Assembly (NCBI GenBank): GCA_050084515.1
Contig: CM114271.1
Coordinates: 27,962,001-28,026,000 of the forward strand
Length of the DNA: 64,000 nt
Origin: Blasia pusilla
Lineage: Eukaryota
Direction of reading: 5' to 3'
The stretch's first letter is position 1; each line of letters starts with the position of its first letter. Of this stretch, positions 13,301 through 28,300 are shown piece after piece. Both the position numbers and the translations under genes were made by a program. The notes under the pieces were generated by a model. That model did not search any database. It saw nothing but the letters and a program-made list of their open reading frames with translations, and was not told the origin of the DNA.

Positions 13301-16300
13301 GACCAAGATCATCACAAATACTACACATCACAGCTGCACTTGTAGGGCAGGTCTACATAGGAACTATGTTACTGACCTATCCTTCCCTGCAAGGTGTTGA
13401 CCAAGGGCTTGCTGAGGTTCAATCCTTTGAAATGGTCCTGGATGTAGCCAGTGCTCCTGCTGTGCACGAATATTGCAAAACTGCTGCACGCGTTGTTGAA
13501 ACTCTTGTCTGTCCACTAGCAGTCCAAACTATCCACAAAGATTGATCATAATAGTAAAATTTCCCCCCTACACTGTAAGACCTTCAGAACAGAAATCTAA
13601 ATTCTCACTCACACTGGGAAGAAAAATAGAAACCCTGGTTTCTACCGAAAGAGAAGGTATTCACCAAGGCTCACAAAGCTAATAAACATCATTGGACGAA
13701 CTCGACATTTGAAAAGGGTACATAGAAACTCAGACCCTATACACCAGAGAGGTACAGAAACCTTCACATAATCTTACCACAAGCCGAAGTGCATTAGGAT
13801 CATCATCCCGATCAGCCAAAGCCAGGAGTATGATATCAAAAGGCAAGATATCTTGAGTCCACATGAGAATTGTAAGACCTGCACTTGCCCTAAGCAACAA
13901 ATCCTGGCCCAAGGATATGATGAATTCACCCTATCAGCCTCAGTGTTGACACCCCCTTCAATCAAGGAAATGCAAGGAACAAATAGAAATGTAACATTCA
14001 AGGGTTAGCTAATGAATATTTCCTTCAAATTTGACGTGATCAAGCAAGTTTCAGGAAGATTCGGTTCCATACAAGCAAGAGTAATCTGTATGACCCTTAC
14101 AAACCCTCCTGAAAGATGAACTTTCCGGTTATGGGCTTCAAATTCGGACAAAACGAGAGAACATACATGCAATAGATGACCATGCTGCAACTGCAGTTGA
14201 ATGTTGTGAAGCAGAACATCCACCATTATGTAAATATTTTGAGTTACTTCTTCTGGTGACAATTCCTTCATGAGTCGTCCCTGCCACATCCACAAAACAA
14301 CTCCATCAAATGTTCCCCAATAAAACTAACCAAGCTGACTGAGTAGACTGTAATGTTAATGGGACCTGATTGTTAATTGATGAGAAGGCCACAGGATATC
14401 ATCAGCAAATGTCCGGACAACAAATGCCAGAGGATCCACTAGCCTTTCTCCAACTGGTGCATGAAAGATATTTTCTTCAGGGCCAAAACCTAGGGTGGTC
14501 TTAAAAATCTGGGGCAATCAACAGATAGGGAGTAAGGTGAAGACCAACAAAAAAAGATCGGTGATTGGGAAACATCTCTCAAAAGATACGTAACATTTCA
14601 CAAGCACCTACAAAATATCAATGATCCTAATCTCCTATTTACTGTGAAAAAGATTGACCAGCAGAAGTATCTCCTTGTTCAAAGTCAGAACTATCATCAA
14701 CTAATCCATCCATGAATTCAGCTTGTATACTGTTGTAAAACATAGTAACTTGGAGTTTACTATAGTGAAAAGTAACTGATAGAATTACTATAGTAACTTA
14801 GTGTTTTACCACAGTAAATAGTAATTTCTTGTTACCATAGAGTTACCTCAGTAATTCTGAGAATTACTATGGGCGGCAGGCCCTAACCCTAAAAACCCTA
14901 AAACTTAGAAACTCATTCTCTTGGCTGTATATAACCCTCTGAGGGTGCCCTGCGAATTTACATTCTCTTACACCTTTCTGGACACAACTCTCTGAGATGA
15001 GGAGCTGATTGAGAAGCACTGAGTGTGCTTTGCTTACCTGAGTGGATTGTGCTTCTGACCTTAGTAGTTCAGTGTGCTAAGCACTGAGTGTGCTGCTGCT
15101 TACAGACTGAGAGGTCTGCTGACTTGAGGAGTTCAGTGAGTCTTGTGATACAAGGTGTATAGCAGTACTAACCTGAGTGGTTGCTATTGAGATGTCTACT
15201 GCTGCTAACCTGAGTGGTTGCTATTGCACTAAGTGTGCTTGAGAATGCAAGGTGATCTGGTGATGCAGGTTGTCTAGCTCTTTCCTCTACAATCTAACCT
15301 GAGTGGTTGCTATTGCACTAAGTGTGCTTGTAATAGCTAGGTTGTAGAGAAACTCTGATTCTAAAATATACAATCAGTAAATCAGTTTCTAACTCGTAAA
15401 ATGAGAGCCCTATCATGATGTGGCTCTCCTTGTTACCTATCAGATTCTAAGGAGGATTCTATGTAGTCATATCTTGCACTCACAACACAGATCCTCAGAC
15501 GTCACCATAAACCGATTTAGGTAAGATCCCATACGCACTATAGAGGGTCGTCAATTTTTCTATGTTCAAAATTTAAGTCTAGCGTTTTTTCGATAACGAC
15601 CTGATCATGTTTGAAAGTAGTTAGTAGGGATCGATGCGTTTTGTTACATTATCTAATGGTACAGTGTTTTGGACACAAAAATAAGGGTCGTTGCAATCTT
15701 TGTGGTGTCTATGGGATCCGGCTCTTAGAGTCCAATCTTTTGGTCCGGTGTTTTGAGGCTATTTCATCCGGCGGTCAATCAATTTCTGATCAGAAAGATC
15801 ATCCATAGTGGTTATAGTGATTTTTACGGTATGGAAGGTGTTGAAATTTGTTAATATCTAGTTTAGTCATGCCCTAAAAGTAGTTAGTCAAATACTAACT
15901 TAGTTGGATACTAATTTAGTTAGCTAGAGATAACTTAGTGTTCCTCTATCTTTTTAGGGTAACCTTGAATTAGGGCAATTCTCGAGTTAGGGCTAGCCAC
16001 CATCTGTTATTTAGGGTATGGATCTGTTCAAGAAGATCCAAGGGCCAGAAGGGCTCACCCTCATGTATATAATGTCTCTGTTTAGAGAGCAGAAGTCAAT
16101 TCTACAGCATGCACAGTTTTGGTAAGGACTCCTGTGTTAAACTATATGAGAGATGTAGACACAATGGTAATGATACAATGGTAAAGCTGCGACTAAGCTT
16201 AATGGAGAACTTCAAACCTGATGTTTATTCAAGCCCCAGATTATATACTAATCTGGATATTGGCTAGAGACAAGATAGTCTGAGTGGCAAAGTGACCAAG

Positions 16301-19300
16301 TGACCAAGTGGCCAAGTGGCCAAGTGGCCAACTAGCCAACTGACCAAGTGGCCAAGTGACCAAGTGGCCAAGTGGCCAAGTGGCCAGCTGACCAAGTGGC
16401 CAAGTGACCCTTTTAGCTTAGATGTCGGACTGCTAAGAGTAGCAGCATTTAGGTAGTTCCTTTAACACATTTTAAGTCGAACACCTTTATCTAAAATGTA
16501 TTTATCTAACACTCCCACTGAGCTAGGATAATCTAGCTGGAAGAACATGCAGCTGTCTACTCGAAAAGAGTCGTATCTCCCACTCAGTTGCATATCCTAC
16601 ATCCTAATATTTGGAGTAAGAAATAATGTTGGTCTTTAGATAGACTTTTAGTCAAAACATCAGCAGCCTGAACTGAGGATCTACATTCTTGTAGACGAAT
16701 ATTTTGTTGTTGAATGTGTTCTGATATGAAGAAGAATTTTAGTTCCAAATGTCGGATTTTGGAATTGGAACAAAAATTATTTGATAGTTGAATTGCAGCT
16801 TGATTGTCTTCGTAAAGAATTGTTGGAGTTTGCTGTAAAAAACCAATCTCAGCAAGTAAATGTCGAATCCAAAGTATTTCTTTGGTGGCCTCATTAAGGG
16901 CTATATATTCAGCTTCTGTAGTAGACTGTGCAGTAACTGTCTGCTTCCTTGAGGCCCAATGTACTGCACCTCCTGCCATGATAAGAACAAATCCTGAAAT
17001 AGATTTTCTATCATCTTTAGAAGAAGCGAAACTGGCATCTGCATAGGCCTGAAGAGTAAAATCATGGGTGGAACCATCAAAGGTGATACCCATATTCAAG
17101 TTCCTTCAAATACCTTAGAACATGCATGGCAGCTTGCCAATGCTCAATAGAATAGTTGGACATGTATTTACATAACTGGCCGACACTGAAAGAGATGTCA
17201 GGACGAGTCATGGTTGAAGCATACATAAGACTTCCAACTATCGTAGCATATGGATATTGCTGAAAATGAGCAAGATCATCACTTGTAGGAGCAGATGTGG
17301 GCTTGGACAATGTTGTCCCAGGCACAGAAGGGGTAGAAACTGTATGACAATCTTTCATACCGAATTCTACAAGTTTTTCACAGATATACCTTTGTTGGTG
17401 CAAAGAAATCTTGTGATGTGCCCTATCTCTTACCACCTGAAGTCCTAACAAGTGATGAAGCTCTCCCATGTCAACCATTTTAAAAATGGACTGAACATGA
17501 ATTTTAAATTGTTGTAGCTGAATGAGATTATCTGCTAGGATAGCAAGATCATCTACATATACAGCAATTATGAGTAATTGATCTGTAGAAGATCGTTTGT
17601 GATATAAACAAGGATCATAAGTACTTCTGAAAAAACCTGCAGAAGTCAAATATCCATCCATCTTTTCATACCAAGCTCGGGAGGATTGCTTCAAGCCATA
17701 AAGAGCTTTCTTCAGAAGACATACCTGTGGACCTTGATCAGTTACCTCAAAACCGGGAGGTTGATGCATGTGTATGATTTCTTGTAGATCACCATGAAGA
17801 AAAGCAGTCTTGACGTCCATTTGATGTAGTTCAGCATTGCGAACAGCAGCAATGGAAAGCAGCATCCGGAGAGAAGTGATATTTATGACAGGAGAAAATG
17901 TTTCTTTGTAATCAATTCCTTCTTTCTGTGAATAACCTTTGGCTACCAGCCTGGCTTTGTACTTGAGAACACTTCCTGAAGAAGACCGTTTGATCTTAAA
18001 AACCCATTTACAAGAGACTATATTGGTAGTATCTGTGGATGACTTGTGCTTTTTTAGGGTTTGTCACAAGAATCCAGGTTTTGTTTTCATGAAGAGAGGC
18101 AATTTCAGCTTCCATAGCAGTTTGCCATTCATGAGAATCTGATCTAGAGAGAGCTTCTGTTCTAGTGAGTGGATCAGATTGGATACAAGAAGAGAGAAGA
18201 ATATTTGAGCAAGCAGCATCATACATATGTACTGGTACAGATGTTCGTGATGATCGCCTAGGATGAAAAGATGTGGGCAGATGTCCCATGGATTTCTCTA
18301 AAGCAACAGCACCTGTTTCTTTTGAAGTATCTCCCACTATTTCAGTATTTGTCTGAACTGTAGTTTTTCTTACTGCTTTAGGGACAGTTATCGGTTCAGA
18401 GTTTTCTACTGGGAAATAATCAAAAATGGAGAGTAAGTAGAGTGAAAAACAGGAGAGAAGGAGAAAGGAGTATCTTCATTGAAGACAACATCTTTGCTGA
18501 GAAAACACGTTTTGTATTGGGATTGAAAAGTTTATAACATCTAGAACCAATCTGATAACCAAGGAATATACATTCTTCACCCGTAGAATCCATCTTTCTT
18601 CTTCTCTCAGCTGGAATGAGAGCAAATGCTTGACATCCAAACACTCGAAGATGTGTGAGAGTAGGTTTGAGACCACTCCAAGCTTCAGAAGGTGTTGTTG
18701 AAAGAGTTTGAGTAGGACTCAAGTTGCGAAGATAGTTAGCTGTAACAATTGCTTCTCCCCAAAATGATATAGGAAGGCGCATGTGAATGAGCATACATCT
18801 TGCCTTTTCCTGTAGTGTGCGGTTGAGTCTTTCAGCAGATCCATTCTGCATAGGAGAATCTCTTCCTGTGCGTTGATGAAGAATACCAAAAGTCTGAAGA
18901 AAAACTTGGAAAGAAGAGTCTATGTATTCACCACCTCCATCTGTTCTGAGAACACGAATCTGGAGGCCAGTTTCTTTCTCAACCATGATTTTGAACTTCT
19001 GGAATGTAGAAAAGACATCTGACTTCTTGTGAAGAATATAGACAAAGGATTTCTTTGTATATTGGTCAAGAAAAGTACAGAAATAGTAGGCGTTTCCAAT
19101 ACTGGGTGTCTTCATTGGTCCTGCCAGATCACTGTGAATCAGATCTAGAGCCTTTTGAACAGGAAGATCTTGTCCATCTCCTGTGATATGTTGCCTGATG
19201 AGCTTGCCTTTAGCACAGCTTGTACAGAAATTGAGATCATCCACATGATCTAGACCTTGATAAAAGAAAAACAGGAGTAAACAAATACTGACTTTGATTA

Positions 19301-22300
19301 CAGAGCTAATTTGTTTCTCCAAGCTCCAAGAAGTTACAGCAGATTACAGATACATGGAATAGCTTCACAGACGTCAAATAGGAAAAGGAAACTCTGTACT
19401 TACAAAAACATGAGAGAGATCTGATTGATCTACTACTCACAAACTTCCTCCCTATAGGAAGAAGAGACTCTCTACACTATTGATGCCTTTTCAAGCAGCA
19501 CACTATCTCCTCCAGCAGCAGGTCCTCCAAAACATCAACTCCTTCTATCACAATAGGTCAGCCACCCAAGCTGAGGGGCAGCAATCATGAAGTTCGCAGG
19601 TCCAGGAAAGTAGAGAAGAGAATAAGAGTGCTCTGGTATGCCTCTTGCTCTTATAGGATAGCCCCTGGCTATCTTAAACCCTAAAAGTCTTTAACTAAGG
19701 CTAAAGGAGGCTATTATGAAACCCTAAAGGTTTTTAACTAAGACTAAATCGGCTATTGCGAAATCCTAAAGGTCTAGTTAATAAACCTAAAAATAGAATT
19801 TTACCTATAGATAAAAAAGTAACTTTTCATAGTAAAAAACAGATTTTTTCGCTCCTGATCTTACAGTTGCAATTTCAACACTCCCACTCAACGTGAGTTC
19901 AGGTGTATTCCAATTAACTCCATGCACCTTAGGTGTTTAACCTTGGTGAGAGATTTTGTGAACACGTCAGCTGCCATGTCCTCTGTTGCACAGTGTTCTA
20001 ATTCAAATTCCACTCCAACCTTTTCCCGTATAAAGTGATGTTGTATATCAATGTGCTTTGTCCTCGCATGGTGTATCGGATTCTTGGTTAGATCAATACT
20101 GCCCCGATTATCAGCATACACTTTTGTAGGTCTTGCTTGATGGCATCCAAAACCATCAAGGAGGCGTCTAAGCCATATTGCCTCCTTGGCAGCATGTGTT
20201 AGGGCCATGTATTCTGCTTCACATGTGGAAAGTGCTACGGTGGATTGTCTCTTGCTGCTCCAACTAATAGCTCCTCCACACAGCAAGTAGCAATATGCAG
20301 AAGTAGATTGTCTATTGTCTAGATCTCCTGCCCAATCAGCGTCACTGTAACCAATTAGATCTACTTCTGCCTCTTTGATATATGTGAGGCAAAAGTCGTG
20401 AGTGCCTTTCAGGTATCTCATCACACGCTTGACAGCTTGCCAATGTTGCAAGCCAGGGTTGTGCATGAACCTGCTCAAAACTCCCACTGTGTATGCAAGG
20501 TCTGGCCTTGTGGCAACCATTGCATACATAATGCAGCCCACTGCATTCTGATATGGTATGTTAGCCATCTCATTCATCTCCAATTCAGTTTGAGGACACA
20601 TTTCCTTGGTAAGCTTGATTCCTACCTCCATGGGTGTCCCTACTGGATTACAATCACCCATAGAAAAACGATTGATGACATTCTTCACATATTTGGTTTG
20701 GCTCATCTTGATCCAACCAACATCTCTATTTCTAGTGATTTGTATTCCGAGTAAATAATTTACTTCTCCTAGATCAACCATTTCAAAAGCTTCACTCAGT
20801 CCACGCTTCAGCCTGTGCATAGTTTTCAGGTCTTCACAGAGGAGTAACAAATCATCTACATACAGTGCTATGTGAACCACAATATTCAACATGTGATAAA
20901 CACTAGGATCTGCCCTATTCTTGTGAAAACCCAACTTCTGAAAATAACCGTCAATTTTCTCATACCAGAGTCTTGATGCTTGCTTGAGTCCATATAAGGC
21001 TTTCTTCAGCAACCATACCTTGTCTCCATCTTGAAACCTTCTGGTTGTTGAATGTAAATCTCCTCATGCAATTCTCCATGGAGGAAGGCGGTTTTTGCAT
21101 CCATTTGATGTATCTCCCAATTATGCTTTGCCGCTAATGCTAGCAAGCTTCTTATGGAAGTAAATTTTGCTACAGGAGCAAAAGTTTCTGCATAGTCAAG
21201 TCCTTCAATCTGACTGTAGCCTTTAGCAACTAGTCGAGCTTTATACTTGACCACCTCATTCTTAGGTCCTCTTTTCACTTTGAAGACCCACTTGCAACCG
21301 ATTGCCTTCCTCATGGGGGGCAAATTCACCACCTCAAAAGTCTGATTGCTTTGGAGAGATCCCATCTCTTCATGTACCGCTTGCTCCCACTGGATGGCAT
21401 CATCTCTAGTGAGAGCTTCTTCAAGACTTAGCGGTTCATCAGCCTCTAACATTCCTGATGTACAACCTGCATTATCAAGGGCTTGGTAACACACTTCAGC
21501 CAGATGCGATTCCTCTGTGAATCTTTCTTCTTGCTGGTGGTCAGTCTCACCTTTTCCAAGACTTTTCCCAAGTCGAATTGGAATTTTGGATGTCCTTGTT
21601 GATTTTCGAACTGGAGGTTGTTGCTCTGTGCCTGTAAGATAACTATCGGTACTCTCTAATGGTACTTCTGATCTTTCTACATCAGGCTTTCTCCTTACGT
21701 AAAATCTGGTTGGAGATAATCTCCTTGGAGATTTATCAACCTCATCATCATTTTCTTCAACCTTGATATCTTTAAAGAATGTCAACTCCTTTTCAAAACT
21801 GACTTCTGCAGTGCTAGTAATGCTGCTACCAAGATCTTTCTCATTGAAATAGACATCCCTACTTCTGATTGCTTTCTTAGTGCTTGGATTGAAGAGTCTG
21901 TACCCTTTACATCCAGGTTCATACCCTAAGAATATGCATTTCTCCGATTTGGAGTCCATCTTTGTTCTTTTCTCCTTTGGAATCAAAACATAAGCACAAC
22001 ACCCGAAAACTTTCAGGTGAGAGAGATCTGGTTTCTTACCACTCCATGCTTCCTCTGGTGTCAAGTTGTCCAATGCTGTTGAAGGACTCAAATTCTTCAA
22101 GTAGTTGGCAGTAGTTAGGCTTCTCCCAAAATTCTCGACCAAGGTTTGCTGTGGAGAGCATGGACCTGGTTCTTTCAACCAATGTCCTATTCAATCTTTC
22201 AGCTGCTCCATTCTGCTCTGGACTGCTCCTTGCAGTAACTTGACTCTTGATTCCCTTTTGAGATAAGAAATCTTTTAACTGTTTGTTGATGTATTCTCCA

Positions 22301-25300
22301 CCTCCATCAGTTCTAAGCACTTTCACTTTCAGGCCAAGCTCATTCTCAACCTCATTGACAAAGTGCTGAAATCTGTCCAAGACTTCATCCTTTGTCTTCA
22401 TCAAGTAGACAAACGTCCTTCTTGACTTGTCATCAGTGAAAGAAACAAAGTATTTTGCACCTCCGTGAGATGCTACTTTCATCGGTCCACACACATCAGA
22501 GTGGATGAGCTCAAGCTTTTCTCCTACTCTAGTTTTGGACTTCTTAGGTGTAGAAGTTCTACTCTGTTTCCCTTCTATACAACCTTCACAAAAGAATTCT
22601 GAACTATCAGGTTGTAAATGGAATCCAACAACCATCTTCTGGAGTTTCCTCATATTCTGAATTCCCAGATGTGCTAGTCGCCTATGCCAAGTGTCTAAAG
22701 AATTTTCTTCAGATCCAATGTTGGCCGATTCTTCATCAACATGTGTTGTATGAAGTTTATAAAGCTGATTGTTCACAATCTAAGCTTTCCCGATTTCAGT
22801 TGTATCATGATCAAAAATAATGCAATGATCATCTGTAAACAACACTTTGAAACCCTCACTTGCTAAGACTTTCACAGAGATCAGATTTTTTCCTATCTCA
22901 GGAATATAAAGGACATTTTTGAGAAGTAATTCTCTACAACCTTTCAGATTTAGATGAACTTCACCTTTGGAAGAAGTTTCCAGCTTGTGATTGCTTGCCA
23001 CTGTTACATTGCGTGTAGAGATTTTCTGAATGTTGCTAAAACAACTTCTCTTACCGCACATGTGAGATGTTGCTCCACTATCAATGTACCAAGCATCCCC
23101 AGAACTTGATTCGAATGGTACATCACCTTCCAAAGTCATGAATAGTTGATCATCATCGCTATCTTCAACCACATGAGCTTTCTCGGAAGTGTTGAACTTT
23201 CCCAAGCTTTTCTTCTTGCCTTTCAGGTCTCTCACCTTTTTCCAACAGACCTCTTCTGTATGGTTCAGCATGTTGCAATATTTGCACTTGAGCTTCTTCA
23301 TGCCCTTTTCATTGTACCCTCTCTTACCAACCTTGGCAGCAAGAGCGATCTCATCAGATACATTGTTCCTACCAGCATGCTTCGATTCTTCATTGATGAG
23401 TTGTCCGTTGACATACTCCCAGGTAAGTTTCTTTTTCTCTTGAGCTTCCAGCACAGTACTCACAGTCTCAAAACTCTTAGAGAGAGTGCTGAGAAGTAGA
23501 CCTACTTGGAAAACATCGTCTACTTTGAGACCTCCTTCGATGAGAGTAGAAATCATCCCTTTCACCCTCGCCACATGAGAAGCAACAGGCTCAGATTCGT
23601 CCTGGCGCAAGTTCACAAGGTTCTGAAGGACACTAAAGATGTGTCCTACAGATTCAGTTTGTAAGCCTTCTTTCACAGTCTCCCACATGGCATGAGCATT
23701 TGGTTTGTCACGGGCCATCTCTATAGCAGAGTCTCCCATGTTCATAACCAATGCAGCCATTGCCCTATTGTTGGATTTGATCCATTCTGCATCCAACAGT
23801 TGCATTGCTGTTGGTGCACATTGGACCACTTCCCAACAATCCTCGTGACAACAAAGGATCTTCATTTCAAAAGACCACTTTCTCCAATTAGTAGCGTCTA
23901 ATTTCTTGCTAACCCAGTGATCCATATCACTTCGTGGGCCCATAACCTGAAAGAAAAACAGGAGTAAACAAATACTGACTTTGATTACAGAGCTAATTTG
24001 TTTCTCCAAGCTCCAAGAAGTTACAGCAGATTACAGATACATGGAATAGCTTCACAGACGTCAAATAGGAAAAGGAAACTCTGTACTTACAAAAACATGA
24101 GAGAGATCTGATTGATCTACTACTCACAAACTTCCTCCCTATAGGAAGAAGAGACTCTCTACACTATTGATGCCTTTTCAAGCAGCACACTATCTCCTCC
24201 AGCAGCAGGTCCTCCAAAACATCAACTCCTTCTATCACAATAGGTCAGCCACCCAAGCTGAGGGGCAGCAATCATGAAGTTCGCAGGTCCAGGAAAGTAG
24301 AGAAGAGAATAAGAGTGCTCTGGTATGCCTCTTGCTCTTATAGGATAGCCCCTGGCTATCTTAAACCCTAAAAGTCTTTAACTAAGGCTAAAGGAGGCTA
24401 TTATGAAACCCTAAAGGTTTTTAACTAAGACTAAAAAAGCTATTGCGAAAACCTAAAGGTCTAGTTAATAAACCTAAAAATAGAATTTATCCTATAGATA
24501 GAAAAAATTAACTTTTCATAGTAAAAAACAGATTTTTTCGCTCCTGATCTTACAGTTGCAATTTCAACACTTGAACCATTTTCTTTTGATGTAGTTGCAA
24601 TAAATGCTGATTGTTGAGATGTCCCATACGATTGTGCCAGAGGTTGGATGAACTTCTAGCTATCAAAATTGTCGATGGAGTACAAGGTTGACATTCAATT
24701 AGATACATGCCATGCCTGGCAAAACCTGTACCTAAACAATGACCTTGCTTGATGAGTTCAAAAGACATATTGTGAGAATAGAAAAGGGTATCTATAGAGT
24801 TTTCAGCAAGTTTCTTCACAGAAACAATATTGTGCTGTCCTGTAGGAATGAACAGAACATTGGAAAGAGTATGTAATTTGAAAGAGCCTTTGACAAAAAG
24901 CTTTAATTGAACATTCCCAGTAGCTGTAGCATATATTTTGCCATTGCCTATTCCAAAAATGAGAATTGGAGAAATAGGAAGGAAATTAGAGAACAGTTCT
25001 CTTTGACAGCAAACATGGGAATTTGAACCAGAATCAAGGATCCAAAGTTTGGAAAGATCTGGGAAAATAGATGTAGAGGATCTTTGTATCATAAACAGAT
25101 AGAGTGGTTCATCTGGTTGTAGTTCCTCAGATGTGGAGCATGTTAATGCTTGAGTGATAGGTGAAGTATTGAGTAGTAAAGATGAGGTATCTTCTGGTTG
25201 AGTTTTGCAAAACTCACGGAATTTCTTGAGAAATTTTCTGTTAGGACATTTGCTAGAGATGTGATCTTTCTCATTACAAATGTAACAGTAAGGCTGTTTT

Positions 25301-28300
25301 CCATTCCTCTGAGGAATGTTTCTTTGATACTGAGTAGATATAGACTGAAATGGACGTTTCTGGTAGAATTATCAATAGAATTGAAACTAGAATACTTTCA
25401 AAATTGGAAGGTTTATCTAGTTCAGAATCACACAATACTCCAATTTGAAGATCGTCAAAAGAAGGTTTATCTTTCTGCATCAATACGTGAATGAGAGATT
25501 TGTATTCAGCAGGAAGTCTGCTAATAGCAAAAGTGAATAGAGATGTGTCTGAAACAGGAGATCCTGCGGATGCAAGATTATTTGCAATAATCTTGAGTTG
25601 TGACAGAAAATCTCGAGATGATCTGCAAGATTCAACAGTGAGTTTGTACATGGATGCTTGTAAGTGTAGTACAGAGAATGAACCTGTCGTATCATAACTG
25701 CGACATAGGCAGGCCCATACTTCTTGAGCTGTATGAAGATGTTCTGTTAGAGCCAGAGGTTCTCCTGTCAAATGTAAACAAATCAGAGAGCGAGCCTGAC
25801 TTTCTAACTTTTCATTCTGCTGAATAGTCCGTGTTTGAAGTATACGTTGACGAACATATACTTGAGGTGCTGTATCTGCAGTTTCAGAAGGAGAGGTACG
25901 TGACGCATCTGACACGGATGTATTATATACTCTTTTAACAACTGCGTCCCATAAATCTCTGTAAACAAGAAGATTGTAAACACGATTCTTCCACTCTTTC
26001 CAGTTAGAACCATCAAAGATTCCAACATGGAAACCATCGTGATTCCCATTCAGGCCCATAACCTGTTAAACTATATGAGAGATGTAGACACAATGGTAAT
26101 GATACAATGGTAAAGCTGCGACTAAGCTTAATGGAGAACTTCAAACCTGATGTTTATTCAAGCCCCAGATTATATACTAATCTGGATATTGGCTAGAGAC
26201 AAGATAGTCTGAGTGGCAAAGTGACCAAGTGACCAAGTGGCCAAGTGGCCAACTAGCCAACTGACCAAGTGGCCAAGTGACCAAGTGGCCAAGTGACCAA
26301 GTGACCAAGTGGCCAAGTAGCCAAGTGGCCAAGTGACCAAGTGACCAAGTGGCCAAGTGACCAAGTGGCCAAGTGGCCAGCTGACCAAGTGGCCAAGTGA
26401 CCCTTTTAGCTTAGATGTCGGACTGCTAAGAGTAGCAGCATTTAGGTAGTTCCTTTAACACATTTTAAGTCGAACACCTTTATCTAAAATGTATTTATCT
26501 AACATCCTGAGGCTCTTGGTCCTGCTGCCGTGTGATCAGAGAGTAGGAAGAGGAGATTGAGACTAATTGTTGTGCTTGCTAGAGCCTCACTGGAAGGCAG
26601 GTTGTTTTGTCTAGTATGCTGATGGAGATTGTTTGTGCTCAATGGTGAGCCATGTCTGATCTCTGAGCTGGTGACATGTGAGGACCTGTAGTGTGAGTGC
26701 AAGGTGTGACTGTAGAATCCTTCTTAGTATCTCTTAGATAGTAAGAAGAGTCACAACATGGTAGGGCTCTGATTTGGCAATAGAGATAGGAACTGATTTA
26801 CTGATTGTGTACAAGCTGAAATCATGGATGGTCTAGCTGATGCTAGCTCTGACTTTGTACAAGGAGATACTTCTGCTGGTCAATCATTTTCTCAGAAGGG
26901 CCAAGACCATTCTTTGGTCCATTCAATTCCATTGAGTCGTCAATGGAGTTGAATGAAGATCATGTCACCCAAAAATTCCTTCAATGGGGATCGATTCCTT
27001 CCATAGGGATCAACACATAATACATTTGGTATCAGGTAAATATGAAACATGATGTTGTGATAACCTTCATGGTGGATTATTTCTGCACCCACAAGATTTG
27101 GGCGCAGAAAAAACCCCATAGGATCACGCTGACCTCTATGGCAAGGAATCGGCCTCTTAGGGCCGGATCCCATGAAAGGCTCACATGTGATGACCTTTTA
27201 TTTTGTAAACTTTTCTTTTTCTACAATTTTTGGCATTTTCAACCAATGGGATCATTCGCCTTTAGAGCCAATAGAATCACTTTCTAATTATCTCAAACCA
27301 CATTTGAAAATTACTAAAATAATATAAACCCATGCCTTGCACGGACTTATACTAGTAATATCAAAAAAAGATTCTTATGATTAAAAGGGTCACCATGACA
27401 TAATATACAACATAACAAAAACCATTGTATAATATAATCTGATTAGGAAGGCTACCACGGTCATGACGCCCACGAAATCCAGCGAAGGCAGCTCAAAGAT
27501 CACACATGGATCACATCACTGAGAAAAATCTCCATCCGCATCTAGACAAAACAACCTGCCCTCCAGTGAGGCTCTAGTAAACACAGAAGTTAGTCTCAAT
27601 CTCCTCTTCCTTCTCTGAGATCACTCTGCAGCACAAGGTCCGGGGAGTTTTTCCACAGGAACCGGTACATTACCAGTATTTCATAGCCGGGAACGGTAAA
27701 CACTCTGCAGATTCCGAATCGGTTTTCAGATACCCCATGCAAAGAAACCCCGATTTCCTGCCAGTTTTTTCCAACCAGTTTTAAACGAATCGGATATTTC
27801 TGAATTTAACTGGCTACGATTATTTGTAACCCCGGATCTCCCCTATCATTGCTGCAGCAGGCCCAGTGTTGTGCGACACACCCAGAGCCTCAAGGGTCCT
27901 AACCAAAAGCTGTGCATACTGTAGAATTATCTTTTGACTCAGCAGAGACAATACATACATGAGGGTGAGCACTTCTGACCCTTAGATCTTCTTGAACAGA
28001 TCCATACCCTAAATACGTGATGGTGGCTAGCCCTAATTCGAGATCACCCTAAAAAAGATAGAAGAGCTCTAAGTTGTCTCCAGCTAACTAAGTTAGTATT
28101 CGATTAACTACTGTTAGGCCATGACTAAACTAGATATTAACAAATTTCAACATCTACAAGGGCTTTCAATGCTTCCAGAGATATTCCTCTTGCATGGAAG
28201 GGTGGCTTAACAAGTGGGTCATGCAAATTCATCACCTAGCAACACCGATGAATCACTCAGAAGAGCTTCACAACACATGTATCTCAACCAGATGATCTGA

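Larger units (their letters stand above)
16135..26504 (-). mobile_element. Ty1/copia retrotransposon Copia-A (interrupted by Copia-B1)
   Basis: LTRs 26064-26504 and 16135-16511; TSD TCCTG; PBS GGTTATGGGCC; PPT AGTGGGAG; domain order gag-PR (WILDSGSNSH)-INT-RT (YVDD)-RNase H. Confidence 0.95.
15839..26894 (+). mobile_element. family-X solo LTR split by Copia-A (pieces 15839-16134 and 26510-26894)
   Basis: The pieces rejoin to 681 bp TG...CA with 5-bp TSD GAAGG (15834-15838 / 26895-26899). Confidence 0.9.

Noticed and set aside
18420-19322. ORF starting MEKQISSVIK as a separate gene (also the start of 22780-24009)
   Set aside because: The N-terminus is Copia-B LTR sequence read into the adjacent integrase or gag frame.
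22777-22782. Programmed stop read-through between gag-PR and integrase in Copia-B1
   Set aside because: Copy 2 has TCG at the same codon, so it is a point mutation.
26170-26388. WPLGHLVT-repeat ORF or CRISPR-like array
   Set aside because: An 8-bp tandem repeat inside an LTR, with no spacers and in a eukaryotic context.
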